A stretch of DNA of 57,739 nt. Origin: Thiobacillus sp. GTDB taxonomy: Bacteria > Pseudomonadota > Gammaproteobacteria > Burkholderiales > Thiobacillaceae. The position numbers and the translations under genes are program-made. The notes beneath the pieces were generated by a model. It was not told the origin of the DNA and made no database searches. It saw only the letters and a program-made list of their open reading frames with translations. The stretch lies in the NCBI GenBank assembly GCA_035562135.1, contig DATMWS010000056.1:1-57739 (forward strand), in the 5' to 3' direction. Position 1 is the first letter of the stretch, and each line of letters starts with the position of its first letter. Positions 20,426 to 30,181 of the stretch are shown here, piece after piece.

Positions 20426-20859
20426 ACGCGCGTGCCGTCGCCGCGGGCGACACCCTCCTCCTCCGCTACGCGCTACGCCCGCGCGGTGGCGAGGACATCA
20501 TCTCCAACTTCGACGACCCCGAGCCAGACACCGTGACGCTCGGCGACAGCACCCTGGCGCCGATGCTGGAGCAGTGGTTGATCGATCTGCACCCCGGCGA
20601 ACGCCATGTATTCCTGCTCGACCCCTGGCAAGCCTTTGGCGAAAGCCAGCCCGCGCTGATCCAGACCCTGCCCAAATCCGACCTGCCCGCCGACATGAAG
20701 CTTGAAGTCGATCAACTGGTCGAATTCGCGATGCCGAACGGCCAGACCATGGCCGGCCACATTCTGGAAATCGGCGACGACGTGGTAAAAGTCGACTTCA
20801 ACCACCCGCTCGCCGATCTGTGCATCGAATTCGAAGTGGAAATCGTCCGCATCCTGTGA
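20422..20859 (+). CDS. fkpB: FKBP-type peptidyl-prolyl isomerase (FkpB/SlpA)
   Basis: VDFNHPLA, FEVEI; conserved lspA-fkpB-ispH order; ATGA overlap with lspA. Confidence 0.92.
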   Translation: MNARAVAAGDTLLLRYALRPRGGEDIISNFDDPEPDTVTLGDSTLAPMLEQWLIDLHPGERHVFLLDPWQAFGESQPALIQTLPKSDLPADMKLEVDQLVEFAMPNGQTMAGHILEIGDDVVKVDFNHPLADLCIEFEVEIVRIL

Positions 20860-20932
20860 CACCCGTCCGCGGGAAACCCAGCTCCTGTGCCATGGTTGAA
20901 ACGAGCCGGGTTTTGGGCCCGACTTATGCTAA

Positions 20933-20951
20933 GGTAATACTTGTACATACC
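20933..20951 (+). promoter_or_regulatory. Imperfect palindrome, probable TA autorepression operator
   Basis: ggtaatacttgtacatacc just upstream of the antitoxin RBS. Confidence 0.45.
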
Positions 20952-20965
20952 CACTGGAGTGCGCC

Positions 20966-21256
20966 ATGAATGCGACATCCATTCGCCCCGTAGCGATCAA
21001 AATCGACGAAGACACCCGCGCACGCATCAAGCGCCTTGCCGAGGCGCGTCAACGCAGTTCGCACTGGATGATGCTGGAGGCCATCCGCCAGTACGTCGAA
21101 CGTGAAGAAAAGCGCGAGGCCTACCGGCAGGACGGCATCAACGCATGGAATGAATACCAGGCCACCGGCCTGCACGTAACCGGAGATGAAGTGATTGAGT
21201 GGCTTGATACGTGGGGCGAAGAAAATGAGCAGGCCGCGCCCGTATGCCACAAGTAA
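20966..21256 (+). CDS. CopG/RHH-family antitoxin
   Basis: VAIKIDEDTRARIKRLA..RQRSSHWMMLEAIRQYVEREE; overlaps the toxin gene. Confidence 0.88.
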   Translation: MNATSIRPVAIKIDEDTRARIKRLAEARQRSSHWMMLEAIRQYVEREEKREAYRQDGINAWNEYQATGLHVTGDEVIEWLDTWGEENEQAAPVCHK

Positions 21257-21558
21257 AATTTGCGCCCGCCGCGCTGCGCGACCTGGAGAAATTGCGCGAA
21301 TTCTTGCGCCCCAAAAATCCAGCGGCGGCAAAGCGGGCCGCCGCCGCCATCACCAAGGCCGTTAAAGTACTCGGGCAGCATCCACAGATAGGCCGGCCAG
21401 TCGAAGAAACCGACGTGGACGTGGACGACACTGAAGGACACACGTATCGTGAATTGCCGATCGGCTTTGGCGACAGCGGCTACGTCGTGCTGTACCGCCA
21501 TGACGGCGAACTCGTCACCGTGCTGGCACTGCGGCACCAGAAAGAAGTTTCTTTTTAA
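21244..21558 (+). CDS. RelE/ParE family toxin
   Basis: [44 protein letters not shown]. Confidence 0.9.
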   Translation: MPQVKFAPAALRDLEKLREFLRPKNPAAAKRAAAAITKAVKVLGQHPQIGRPVEETDVDVDDTEGHTYRELPIGFGDSGYVVLYRHDGELVTVLALRHQKEVSF

Positions 21559-21568
21559 GCCTACCTCC

Positions 21569-22495
21569 ATGACCCCCACCATTCTTCTCGCCAACCCCCG
21601 CGGCTTCTGTGCCGGCGTCGATCGCGCCATCGCCATCGTCGAGCGCGCGCTGGAAAAATTCGGTGCGCCGATATACGTGCGACACGAAGTCGTCCACAAC
21701 ACCTTCGTCGTCAACGATCTCAAGGCCAAGGGCGCAATTTTTGTTGATGAACTCGACGAGGTGCCTGCGGGCGCCACCGTCATTTTCAGCGCCCATGGCG
21801 TCTCGCAAGCTGTGCGTGCCGAAGCCGAAGCGCGCGGGCTGAACGTGTTCGACGCCACCTGTCCGCTGGTCACCAAGGTGCACATCGAAGTCAGCAAGAT
21901 GCGCGACAAGGGACTCGAAATCGTGATGATCGGCCACAAGGGGCACCCCGAAGTCGAAGGCACTCTGGGGCAGTCGAAAGGCGGCATGTACCTGGTCGAA
22001 ACGCCGGAGGACGTCGCCGGCCTGCAGGTGGCCGACCCCGACAAACTCGCCTACGTCACCCAGACCACGCTGTCGGTCGACGACGCCGCACGCGTGGTCA
22101 ACGCCCTGCGCAAACGTTTTCCGCATATCACCGGGCCGAAAAAGGACGACATCTGCTACGCCACGCAAAACCGCCAGGACGCCGTCAAGGCGCTGGCGCC
22201 GCAATGCGACGTGGTGATCGTGGTGGGGTCGCCGACCAGTTCCAACTCCAACCGACTGAGAGAAGTGGCCGAAAATCTCGGCGTGCCAGCCTATATGGTG
22301 GACAACGCGAGTGAAATCAGTCCCGAATGGGTGGCAGGCAAAAACCGGGTCGGCCTCACCGCCGGCGCCTCGGCACCGGAAATTCTGGTGCGCGCCGTGA
22401 TCGAGCGGCTGAATCATCTGGGCATCGGCACGGTAACGAACCTCGACGGCACCCAGGAGAAGGTGGCTTTCGCCCTGCCGAAAGGCCTGGCTTGA
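21569..22495 (+). CDS. ispH: 4-hydroxy-3-methylbut-2-enyl diphosphate reductase
   Basis: [42 protein letters not shown]. Confidence 0.98.
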   Translation: MTPTILLANPRGFCAGVDRAIAIVERALEKFGAPIYVRHEVVHNTFVVNDLKAKGAIFVDELDEVPAGATVIFSAHGVSQAVRAEAEARGLNVFDATCPLVTKVHIEVSKMRDKGLEIVMIGHKGHPEVEGTLGQSKGGMYLVETPEDVAGLQVADPDKLAYVTQTTLSVDDAARVVNALRKRFPHITGPKKDDICYATQNRQDAVKALAPQCDVVIVVGSPTSSNSNRLREVAENLGVPAYMVDNASEISPEWVAGKNRVGLTAGASAPEILVRAVIERLNHLGIGTVTNLDGTQEKVAFALPKGLA

Positions 22496-22535
22496 ACGCC
22501 CTGAACCATCCGGCCGAACAGCGCGAGTGCAGCGC

Positions 22536-22648
22536 TTTACATTCAGGGCTTCCTTGATGGCTCCTTCTCCGGGCCCAGGTCCCCACATCAGCTTGAGCTT
22601 GCGGTTCTCATCTTAACATTCCCGCAGGCGCTTGATGCCAGAGGCTTC
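22536..22648 (-). pseudogene. Degenerate IS3-family (IS407-like) transposase OrfA fragment
   Basis: Minus strand EASGIKRLREC*DENRKLKLM, shifted-frame DLGPEKE, then AIKEAL; resembles the OrfA C-terminal leucine zipper with a stop and frameshifts. Confidence 0.65.
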
Positions 22649-22920
22649 CGATTTTAAAGGAGGGTTACATTTAGAGGTGCCCAACGGTACAACGCTGGCG
22701 CAATTCCGTCGGTTTTCTTTACACTTCAGACAGATCGCACAATCAAAGAAATAATGCGGCTTGCCACACAAACCACAACCAATTGTTATTAAACGGTTTT
22801 TTATACTCGATTAGACAGGCTCGAATTATGCTTCATAAATGGCAGGCCAAATGAGATTAAAAATAATCGCATGGCTTTGATTAGGTTTTTTAACTCAAAT
22901 TTATAAACAAAGGGGCGATC

Positions 22921-23088
22921 ATGCGCAAAACATTAGGGATTATTCTTGCCACAACTGCATTTCCGGTTTTCGCTTTTACTGCTGTTGCACCCTCGTCCAT
23001 CCCCGAACCGGGAGCGCTTTCACTTCTGGGCATTGGTGCTGTTGCGGGTTTTGTGGTCTGGGCAAAGAAGCGCAACAAAAAGAAATAA
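22921..23088 (+). CDS. Minimal PEP-CTERM sorting-domain protein (55 aa)
   Basis: MRKTLGIILATTAFPVFAFTAVAPSSIPEPGALSLLGIGAVAGFVVWAKKRNKKK*: signal peptide, IPEP, TM helix, basic tail; AAGGGG RBS; absent from the ORF track. Confidence 0.85.
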   Translation: MRKTLGIILATTAFPVFAFTAVAPSSIPEPGALSLLGIGAVAGFVVWAKKRNKKK

Positions 23089-23109
23089 ATTAACATCCCT
23101 CAGTCATTA

Positions 23110-23131
23110 CTGGCTCCGGATCCGGAGCCAG
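23110..23131. repeat. Perfect 22-bp palindrome
   Basis: ctggctccggatccggagccag equals its own reverse complement. Confidence 0.85.
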
Positions 23132-23317
23132 GTTAGTTCCGCGAGTAATCTCCTAAACGACCTGTTCCCGATTCGGTTCTTGCTCCTGTCTGATTAGCGC
23201 TCGGGTATCGGCTCGGTGGCCGATCTAAATGGGGTGCAAAAGAAGGCATGGTTTGCACTGCCCAAAGGACTGGGGTGGCTTTGCGCCAGCTTCACCGAGC
23301 AACGAATCATTCCGGAA

Positions 23318-23743
23318 TCACCAGCACCCGGCTGTCGCCGGTGTCTGTGCTCCCGTGTTGGATAAGGTCAGCGTGCCGCACGTAGTATCGGCGGTTTGGC
23401 TATTTGCAGGCGTTGCCGTAAGCGTAAAGGTTGTAGCTGTTGTTACTGTTGCGGGAGTAATGTTGTACTTAACTGCTGTCCCGCTCGCTCCCTTTGGCGA
23501 CACCGCCGATACCGACGCTACGGTCCCACCAACATAGGTGCCGTTGGTCGTGAAATAGCGCTCCATGAACTGCGCCGTTTCCGTCAAAACAGCCTTCGCT
23601 TCCGCACGATTCGCTCGCAACACATATTGTGTGTAGCTCGGATACGCAATGGCCGCGAGGATGCCGATGATGGCCACGGTGATCATCAACTCGATCAAAG
23701 TGAAACCCAAATGGGATTTGAGATCAGGCTTCGGGTTCATCAT
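23318..23743 (-). CDS. pilE: Type IV minor pilin PilE
   Basis: [26 protein letters not shown]-terminal CGTLTL...CW; AGGAG RBS before 23743. Confidence 0.93.
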   Translation of the reverse strand: MMNPKPDLKSHLGFTLIELMITVAIIGILAAIAYPSYTQYVLRANRAEAKAVLTETAQFMERYFTTNGTYVGGTVASVSAVSPKGASGTAVKYNITPATVTTATTFTLTATPANSQTADTTCGTLTLSNTGAQTPATAGCW

Positions 23744-23760
23744 GACTATCTCCTGAGCCA

Positions 23761-24108
23761 TCATCTCTGCACGTTAACCGTCGTCAACAAGGCCGCCTTG
23801 TTCGCGCCTTGTGGTGCAGCCTGAAACTGAACGACTTCACCCCTGCGCACATCACTGATCGTGGCACGCTTTCCATTCACTGTGACTGTTGTACTCAAAG
23901 GGTTATACGCATAGGTCACGCCGCCAATCACCATTTTGCTGGCGCCTGCATGAATGGCATCAACCTTACCGCTTTGCTGCGCTTGACTCGTGGTCGTTGT
24001 CGCAGTGCCGCTTCCAGCGTTGGATTTTTCAACCGTGGTCATTGAATACGCCTGACCACAAGAGAAAATGGCCGTCAAAAATACCGTAGCAAATAGTTTC
24101 ATCATCAC
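23761..24108 (-). CDS. Small secreted protein in the PilY2 position
   Basis: 115 aa with signal peptide, lies between pilY1 and pilE. Confidence 0.6.
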   Translation of the reverse strand: MMMKLFATVFLTAIFSCGQAYSMTTVEKSNAGSGTATTTTSQAQQSGKVDAIHAGASKMVIGGVTYAYNPLSTTVTVNGKRATISDVRRGEVVQFQAAPQGANKAALLTTVNVQR

Positions 24109-24111
24109 TCC

Positions 24112-27100
24112 TTATTCAAAAATCTGCCGCCAACTGGAACGGTCCAATAAACTGGGAAGTTTATTCACGGTAATGTCAAGTGAACCCGCGACAGCCGTCG
24201 TAGCCGTATTCGAACTCTTGCTTTTTAGTTTATTTACAGTACCACCCTTAGGTCCGCCTGGATTTTTCTGCAAGGTCGCTGAGCTCGGAATGGCGTCAGA
24301 CTTCACACCGGAAGGACTGTCACCAACCGTACCGAGATGGTCGTCCTCATCGACATCTCCATCCCCGTCCACGTCAAAAGTAGGGCCTACCAGAGCAGAA
24401 CCTGTCTCGGAATCAAGTTCCATCAGCCATCCTGTTCCACCGCCAGAGCACACCCCGGTACTCGGGATTAGGGTAGTGAAAAGTATGCGGCCACTAAATA
24501 GCACGGGGGCGGTAACAATACGTTCTCCTGAGGTTGGCAAATCCATGAACCATCCGCGTTTTGTCCCCAATGGCACAAGGCCATCCCACTCTACCGGGTT
24601 GTTGCTCGACCTACGATAATTGTTACCTGATACACTGGCTGTCGTAGTAATCGTCTGTTCCTGCAATACGCTGCGCCCCGAGATGGTTGACGGCGACAAC
24701 TCCTTATCCCACAGCGAATAAAAGGTTTGAGTCCCGGTCGTCGCAATGTCCGTACTCTCGAGATATTTCCCCGTTCCAAAATACAGTTGAAAGCCATCCC
24801 CACTGAAGTGACGGGTAACCTCGACCGTACCGGTAATCGGCTGTGCATTGCCGCTGGAATCGAGGGCCACAAACAGCGGCAGGGGCGTTCCCGTCGAACC
24901 AAATGCAACCTTCCAGCCCGACGAATTGGTCGAGCAGCCGCTGCCGCCTGCATTGCACAAGTCAAACTTCCACATATTGCCCAGCAAATCCCCCGCATAG
25001 GCGTAATCCACATCGCCATCGCCGTCTATATCGATAAGCGAAGGGGCAGACAAAGCGTTAGGTGTAGCTACGGATCCCGTTTTTGTGGAGATTTTCTCGA
25101 TGAGTGTCCCCGTTGCAATATCCACGATGTAAAGATAGGCGTAACCCGTGGTGCTGGCGCTTCCGTCCGCCTCACTATTGTTATACCCGCTACTGAATAC
25201 TGCGGCCCACGCGCCTGTATTGAGTTTCACAATGCTGGGCTGGCCATTGACATAACCCAGGTCGTTATCGCTGTATTCCCATTTCACAATCGAACTGGCA
25301 TTGGTTTCGCTAAACGTGCTCGGATTCGTCACATCCAGCGCAAACAACCCTTGGCCGCCTGCTCCCAGGCTGGCAACCAGCGTGGTGTGCCAGGCGCCCG
25401 AATAAAAAGTATCGACAACCGTCGGGGAACCATCGACATAGTATCTGTGAGAATAGGCTGTCGAAGTCAGCGCGGACAGGTTCGGGTAAACCTTGCTGGG
25501 TACATAGGCCAGCTTTTCATCCCCGGTTGCGGCATCAAAACCATGCAGCATTCCGTCGTTGGCCCCTACGTAAATGATAGGCGTCCGGCTTGCATTGCCG
25601 GACCGAAAGGAATTGTAGCTTGCCGCCTCCAGATCATCCGGATAGTTGAATGCCGGGGCGCCCACATAGGCCGGTGCCGAGTTGACCACGTCACCCAGTA
25701 CACTGAGGAGGCGCGGGCGGAAGCCGGAAATACCGGTTTGACCCCGCAGGTAATTTAGCCGGCTTCCCCCATTACCATCATTCACATTGCTGACATTGGT
25801 GTTCAGCGCAGTTACCTGGCTGGCGTCCAGCTCGGTTGCGGTTGGGCTTGCCGGAGCAGCCGGCCACCGAAAGGGAATGCCCGTGGAATTGCTGGGCTTG
25901 TAGGTGAGGATTTTCCGCCCGGTGTCATAGTTCTGGGCATTTAATTGAGTCCCCGCCCGCCACGCAACGCTGGAGGGAGCGCCGGTTGCCGTACTGGTGT
26001 TGTAGGCGATCAAATCACCCGACCAATCGGATGAGTTGAATTGCCCCTGGTAGATTTTTCCGCCCGCAACGACCGAGCCGGATGTCAGGGCAACCGCAGC
26101 AGCAGATCCGGATTGCGCAAGAATATCGCTGAAGATTGTATCGAACGCGGTGATGAGCGTGGTGGTATCGCTGGCATCAAATGCTGTAGTTGTGCCGCCT
26201 GCGGCCGCAATCGTGTTAAGGATTCCCGGCGTAGTACCGTAAGGCAGCGCAAACCCCACGATATAGCTTTTAACCGGTCGAGTCGCCGTATGCAGATTGC
26301 CCGCCGCTGAGGCTGCGGCAGCAATGGCTGTTGTCGGATTCGTCAATGCAGTGCCCGTTGCGCTGATCGAAGGCAGGCCGTCAGTCATGAACACGACGAA
26401 ATCCTTGCCGCAGGCATTGGGCGGAGCGGGTTGCGAACCGCCTTCTGCTGTGACCGTAAGGTTGCCAGAAAAATAATCCTTGGCTGTAAGCAAAGTACCT
26501 TCAATGGGTGTCAGGCCGGCATTTTGCAAAGGCAAGGTCGCATTGATTGGGCCATTGGTCGCAAACTGGCTGGTGCCCAGCTTGGTGTTGATGGCCGTTG
26601 CCTTGGCGGCATCCAGGTTGCCGACCGGAACATGCAGATAGCCGCGCCCGGGGTTGCTGTTCGAGAACCAGGTTGGCCCTATATGACTCCAGGTGAGAAA
26701 ACGTCCGAAATCGAGTATCCCCTGTGCGAGATCACTGTCTGTCGGCGAGAGTTGGCCATTATAAAAGTTGCCGGTATAACCCTGCGTTGCCGCTGCTGTG
26801 TCGTTTGCCGCCGGTAAAGTATCGGAAGTCCCCGTTTTTGTGTTGTAGCACCTGTAGGAATCCCACGGACCACCGGGGTAAGTCTCGCTGCCATTATCGA
26901 AATCGGCCGTTTGGGTGTAGCAAAAACCATTGCCCTGATTGGATCCTGCGTAAAACGGCAGCGCCACGTTGTAATGGATGTAATTCCCTGCGCTGGTGGG
27001 GTTGGGAACACGGTAACGCTTGGTCAGGCTGTCACGCGAACCCGAGTAGGTGGAAAGGTAGTTCGCCGGATCGTAACTCACGTCATAAGGCGAGTTATGC

Positions 27101-27444
27101 AACTGCATGAGGCTGACGGCATTGCCACCCGAAGTGTATTGCTGATAGGCCATCAACCCCAGGTTGATCTTGCCGGTGTAATTAGTGACGACCGACTTGG
27201 CGGCATTGCGGGCGATTTCAGATTTGCTGTTGGCGCTGGCACTGCCCACTGCCGCCCCGCTGGCGTCTTCGTCCATGCTGTTGGAGTTGTCGAGGATCAA
27301 CAACACGTTGGCTTTTTGTGCGGTGGTGACGAACAAGGGAACCTGGCTCAGGCTGAGCAATGCACCGCCAGCCATTCCGTAATAGCCCACGGAAAAAGCG
27401 GCCAATAGCGCCAGTGACAAGGGTTTACGGTTGAAGGTCGTCAT
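24112..27444 (-). CDS. pilY1: Type IV pilus adhesin PilY1/PilC
   Basis: Signal peptide, vWA MIDAS-like DNSNS, YVGANDGMLHGF, DIDGDGDVDYAYAGDLLGNMWKFDL, C-terminal SWRQI. Confidence 0.95.
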   Translation of the reverse strand: MTTFNRKPLSLALLAAFSVGYYGMAGGALLSLSQVPLFVTTAQKANVLLILDNSNSMDEDASGAAVGSASANSKSEIARNAAKSVVTNYTGKINLGLMAYQQYTSGGNAVSLMQLHNSPYDVSYDPANYLSTYSGSRDSLTKRYRVPNPTSAGNYIHYNVALPFYAGSNQGNGFCYTQTADFDNGSETYPGGPWDSYRCYNTKTGTSDTLPAANDTAAATQGYTGNFYNGQLSPTDSDLAQGILDFGRFLTWSHIGPTWFSNSNPGRGYLHVPVGNLDAAKATAINTKLGTSQFATNGPINATLPLQNAGLTPIEGTLLTAKDYFSGNLTVTAEGGSQPAPPNACGKDFVVFMTDGLPSISATGTALTNPTTAIAAAASAAGNLHTATRPVKSYIVGFALPYGTTPGILNTIAAAGGTTTAFDASDTTTLITAFDTIFSDILAQSGSAAAVALTSGSVVAGGKIYQGQFNSSDWSGDLIAYNTSTATGAPSSVAWRAGTQLNAQNYDTGRKILTYKPSNSTGIPFRWPAAPASPTATELDASQVTALNTNVSNVNDGNGGSRLNYLRGQTGISGFRPRLLSVLGDVVNSAPAYVGAPAFNYPDDLEAASYNSFRSGNASRTPIIYVGANDGMLHGFDAATGDEKLAYVPSKVYPNLSALTSTAYSHRYYVDGSPTVVDTFYSGAWHTTLVASLGAGGQGLFALDVTNPSTFSETNASSIVKWEYSDNDLGYVNGQPSIVKLNTGAWAAVFSSGYNNSEADGSASTTGYAYLYIVDIATGTLIEKISTKTGSVATPNALSAPSLIDIDGDGDVDYAYAGDLLGNMWKFDLCNAGGSGCSTNSSGWKVAFGSTGTPLPLFVALDSSGNAQPITGTVEVTRHFSGDGFQLYFGTGKYLESTDIATTGTQTFYSLWDKELSPSTISGRSVLQEQTITTTASVSGNNYRRSSNNPVEWDGLVPLGTKRGWFMDLPTSGERIVTAPVLFSGRILFTTLIPSTGVCSGGGTGWLMELDSETGSALVGPTFDVDGDGDVDEDDHLGTVGDSPSGVKSDAIPSSATLQKNPGGPKGGTVNKLKSKSSNTATTAVAGSLDITVNKLPSLLDRSSWRQIFE

Positions 27445-27461
27445 TAAATGCTCCCTGCGCG

Positions 27462-28007
27462 TCAATAGTTAATAGCGGCTTGCACGGTGGCCTGGGCTTG
27501 TTGAGTCACCCCCCAGCCACGTGCGGTGATGCGAAATGGGGTCAACTGCGCGCCCGTATTCCCTTTTCCGATCGTCAGAGGGGAGCCGGGGGGCGGAAGA
27601 GAATACGGTATCAATTCGATGATGTAACGCGGCTGGGCCGAAACTTGGGTGAGCCCTGAGTAAGCTTTCGTTTTGCTCGTTTCCCAATCATTGTTGGCGG
27701 TAATCGTGGTCCATACCGGTGTGACGGGATTGTTCAAGCACAGCCCTGCCGTGCACCCAGCCGTAAAACCCGAAAATCCCGTAGCTTGAAAGCTTGCGAT
27801 GTTATTGGAAATATACTTCACGGCTTCGCGTATGCTCGCCTCGGCTGCTTGAAACGCGACATCCTGATCACGCGCATTACCGGCCATGCGTTCTTCGAGC
27901 GAAGTGGACTTGATTGCGGACAGGGAAATCAGGGTCAGCACGACCAGAAAAATCAGCCCGGTAATGAGCGCTGCGCCGTTCTGGGAAGTGGTATTAGGGG
28001 TATGCAT
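27462..28007 (-). CDS. pilX: Type IV minor pilin PilX
   Basis: G/AALITGLIFLVVLTL, ERMAGN.RD..AFQAAEA; alternative start 28034. Confidence 0.9.
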   Translation of the reverse strand: MHTPNTTSQNGAALITGLIFLVVLTLISLSAIKSTSLEERMAGNARDQDVAFQAAEASIREAVKYISNNIASFQATGFSGFTAGCTAGLCLNNPVTPVWTTITANNDWETSKTKAYSGLTQVSAQPRYIIELIPYSLPPPGSPLTIGKGNTGAQLTPFRITARGWGVTQQAQATVQAAINY

Positions 28008-28037
28008 GGTAGTTATGCCCTTCGGGGTATCCATCGC

Positions 28038-29048
28038 TCACATTGCCGGCAGGCGGTTGCGCACGCCCACGGTTGCCGAAAACACCTGATAAAGCCTGCG
28101 GTCGGGCGCGGCAAAGGTGCCGTTGTTGAAGGTGACGGACTGTGTTGCCGTTGAAATATTGTTATCGGGGCTGCGCATCAGCAGGTTTACCGTGACGCTC
28201 ACCACTTGTTTCCAGTTTCCCGGTGCGTTGCTGTAGCTATCCACCCTACCATCGGGTGTGGCGCTGGTATCGAGGCCATAGCGTAATTGCATGTCATGCA
28301 CATGCTCGACCAGTTCTTCTGCCACTCCGTTAAGCCCCACACGATATAAAGCCCTAACACTTACAGGCCTAGAAGCTGAAATGAGGGTGTCCCCGATGAA
28401 ATACGAGTACTGATTCATACGCATGACGAAGGCATCCTTGCCATAGGTGCCCACGCGGTTGCCCGTGTTGCTGCCACTGCCGTGGGTCAACGTAACAATG
28501 CCTGAATTGTTGGGGTGATTGGTCACTTTGAACACATCGGCTTGGGAGCAATTGGTGACGATAAGCACGTCGCCCTGCTCGAAACCATCCGGATTGCCAT
28601 TGACCTGCACGTTGGCATTTGAGGGAATCAGGTTGCCGGTCAGGTTGGCGCCGCTGCTAAACGCCCCCATGACCGACAACACATCGCCGGCCGCCCGCAC
28701 GATGCTGGTTGGGTTGGTCCAGCCCGTGCCATTGTCGTAGCCAATCAATGCGTTGCCAGCCGTTATAGGCGGAACGGGCGGTTTGGCGATGGTTTTAACG
28801 GGCATGGAGGCGAGGTTTCCGCAGCCGACATAACCTGCCATACGGATGTCACGGCTCATCATATCCAGGGCGTAACGCGCGTTTTCCTGAATGCGCGAAA
28901 GGTTGTCGGTGGTGCGAAATGCGCCGCGGCTGCCGATATACACGTAGCCAATCCCGCCCAGCAGCACCAGGCCCAGCGTCATGGCGATCATGAGTTCGAT
29001 CAGGCCGAAACCTGTCTGCTCACGGGAGGAGATAAGCACAGGTTTCAT
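28038..29048 (-). CDS. pilW: Type IV minor pilin PilW
   Basis: G/FGLIELMIAM, QENARYAL...DIRMAGY.GC, VRNR C-terminus. Confidence 0.92.
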   Translation of the reverse strand: MKPVLISSREQTGFGLIELMIAMTLGLVLLGGIGYVYIGSRGAFRTTDNLSRIQENARYALDMMSRDIRMAGYVGCGNLASMPVKTIAKPPVPPITAGNALIGYDNGTGWTNPTSIVRAAGDVLSVMGAFSSGANLTGNLIPSNANVQVNGNPDGFEQGDVLIVTNCSQADVFKVTNHPNNSGIVTLTHGSGSNTGNRVGTYGKDAFVMRMNQYSYFIGDTLISASRPVSVRALYRVGLNGVAEELVEHVHDMQLRYGLDTSATPDGRVDSYSNAPGNWKQVVSVTVNLLMRSPDNNISTATQSVTFNNGTFAAPDRRLYQVFSATVGVRNRLPAM

Positions 29049-29494
29049 AATTGTGTGTCCACGGTAAAGGTCTCGTTTGCCGATCCCTGGCTGCCCCGGC
29101 TGTCATTCCACTGAATCATGATGGTTGCCGCCCGGGTACCCGCATTGACCGCTATCGAACCGTTGCCAGCGGGGAGTGCGCAGGCAAGCTGGTTTTTCCA
29201 CGCTGCGATGTCCTGCACCGGGACGGTCCCGGTGGGAACGGCCGTTGCACAGGCTGCTGCTGTGCCCATTGCCGTTGCGTAGCTCCCTGCAAGCGCGCCT
29301 GCGCGGTTGGCGCGCATGCGGTCGATGATGTCGTAGGCCATCCAGGTGGCCTGGGTGCGGTGGCTGGCACTGAGGTTGTTGCGCATGCTGGATGCCATCA
29401 ATCCCGCCAGGCCTAGCAGGCCGATCGACAGCACCAACATGGCGACCAACACTTCGAGAAGGGTAAATCCGGACTGTTTCATGGGTGTTCTCAT
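29045..29494 (-). CDS. pilV: Type IV minor pilin PilV
   Basis: G/FTLLEVLVAMLVLSIGLLGLAGL, DIIDRMRAN, LPAG.G. Confidence 0.93.
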   Translation of the reverse strand: MRTPMKQSGFTLLEVLVAMLVLSIGLLGLAGLMASSMRNNLSASHRTQATWMAYDIIDRMRANRAGALAGSYATAMGTAAACATAVPTGTVPVQDIAAWKNQLACALPAGNGSIAVNAGTRAATIMIQWNDSRGSQGSANETFTVDTQL

Positions 29495-30003
29495 GGGCAT
29501 GCGACACCGGCAACGCGTGGTCGCCCGGTTCGTTCGATTTGAATGACACGCCCCTGGACACTAGCGGGGCTGGGACAGAGCGTGAGGGTGGTGCTCGCAA
29601 CGGTGGCTGTAGTCGGAATGGTCGTGCGACCACTTGAGGTGAAGGTGATCGAGCTGGCCACATTCGTTCCGCCAGTCAAAGTGCTGGACCCCGCCAAAGC
29701 CTGTTGCACCCGGATGGGCGTGCCTGCCGCGTCCCGCACGATCCAACCCTGCGCCCAGCCACCTGTGCAGGTTGCACCATCGCTGCTGGCGCACACGGTC
29801 ACATTGGCTGCGCGTTTGACGGCCTCGCTGCGGGCCAAAGTGATCGCGGTGATCAGATCGTTCGCCTGCGTTGTCATACGGTTGTTCAGCACAAACATCT
29901 GATAATTCGGAACAGCGATGGTGACCAGAATCGCCGCCACAGCCAGCGTGACCAGCAATTCGATCAGGGTAAAACCGCGCTTTGAGGCCGGGGCATCAAC
30001 CAT
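29491..30003 (-). CDS. fimU: GspH/FimT-family pilin (FimU position)
   Basis: G/FTLIELLVTL, ARSEAVKR, first gene before pilV; alternative GTG start 30027. Confidence 0.8.
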   Translation of the reverse strand: MVDAPASKRGFTLIELLVTLAVAAILVTIAVPNYQMFVLNNRMTTQANDLITAITLARSEAVKRAANVTVCASSDGATCTGGWAQGWIVRDAAGTPIRVQQALAGSSTLTGGTNVASSITFTSSGRTTIPTTATVASTTLTLCPSPASVQGRVIQIERTGRPRVAGVACP

Positions 30004-30071
30004 GGTATTCAGGTTCTCGCATTTCACACTGCCACATTAAAAAAGGGAACGAGTGATGTCCAGCGTTACTA

Positions 30072-30101
30072 GACGAATGGCGGAATTGGGTTTATGAACG
30101 G
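30072..30101 (-). promoter_or_regulatory. Pair of AlgR/LytTR-type direct repeats upstream of fimU
   Basis: Minus strand CCGTTCATA (30093-30101) and CCATTCGTC (30072-30080), 21-bp period; AlgR consensus is CCGTTCGTC. Confidence 0.6.
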
Positions 30102-30181
30102 CCAAGCCCCACCCGATTGTGTTTCAAAAATGCACAATGTTTAACGTCATGAATGAGGCCAACTTGAGCCTGCGGGGACAA

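Noticed and set aside
22890-23197. ORF-track calls 22890..23096 (-) and 22946..23197 (+)
   Set aside because: Alternative frames over the PEP-CTERM gene, with no supporting motifs
30018-30033. Sigma54 promoter for fimU (TGGCAGTGTGAAATGC)
   Set aside because: GG-to-GC spacing is 11 nt rather than the required 10
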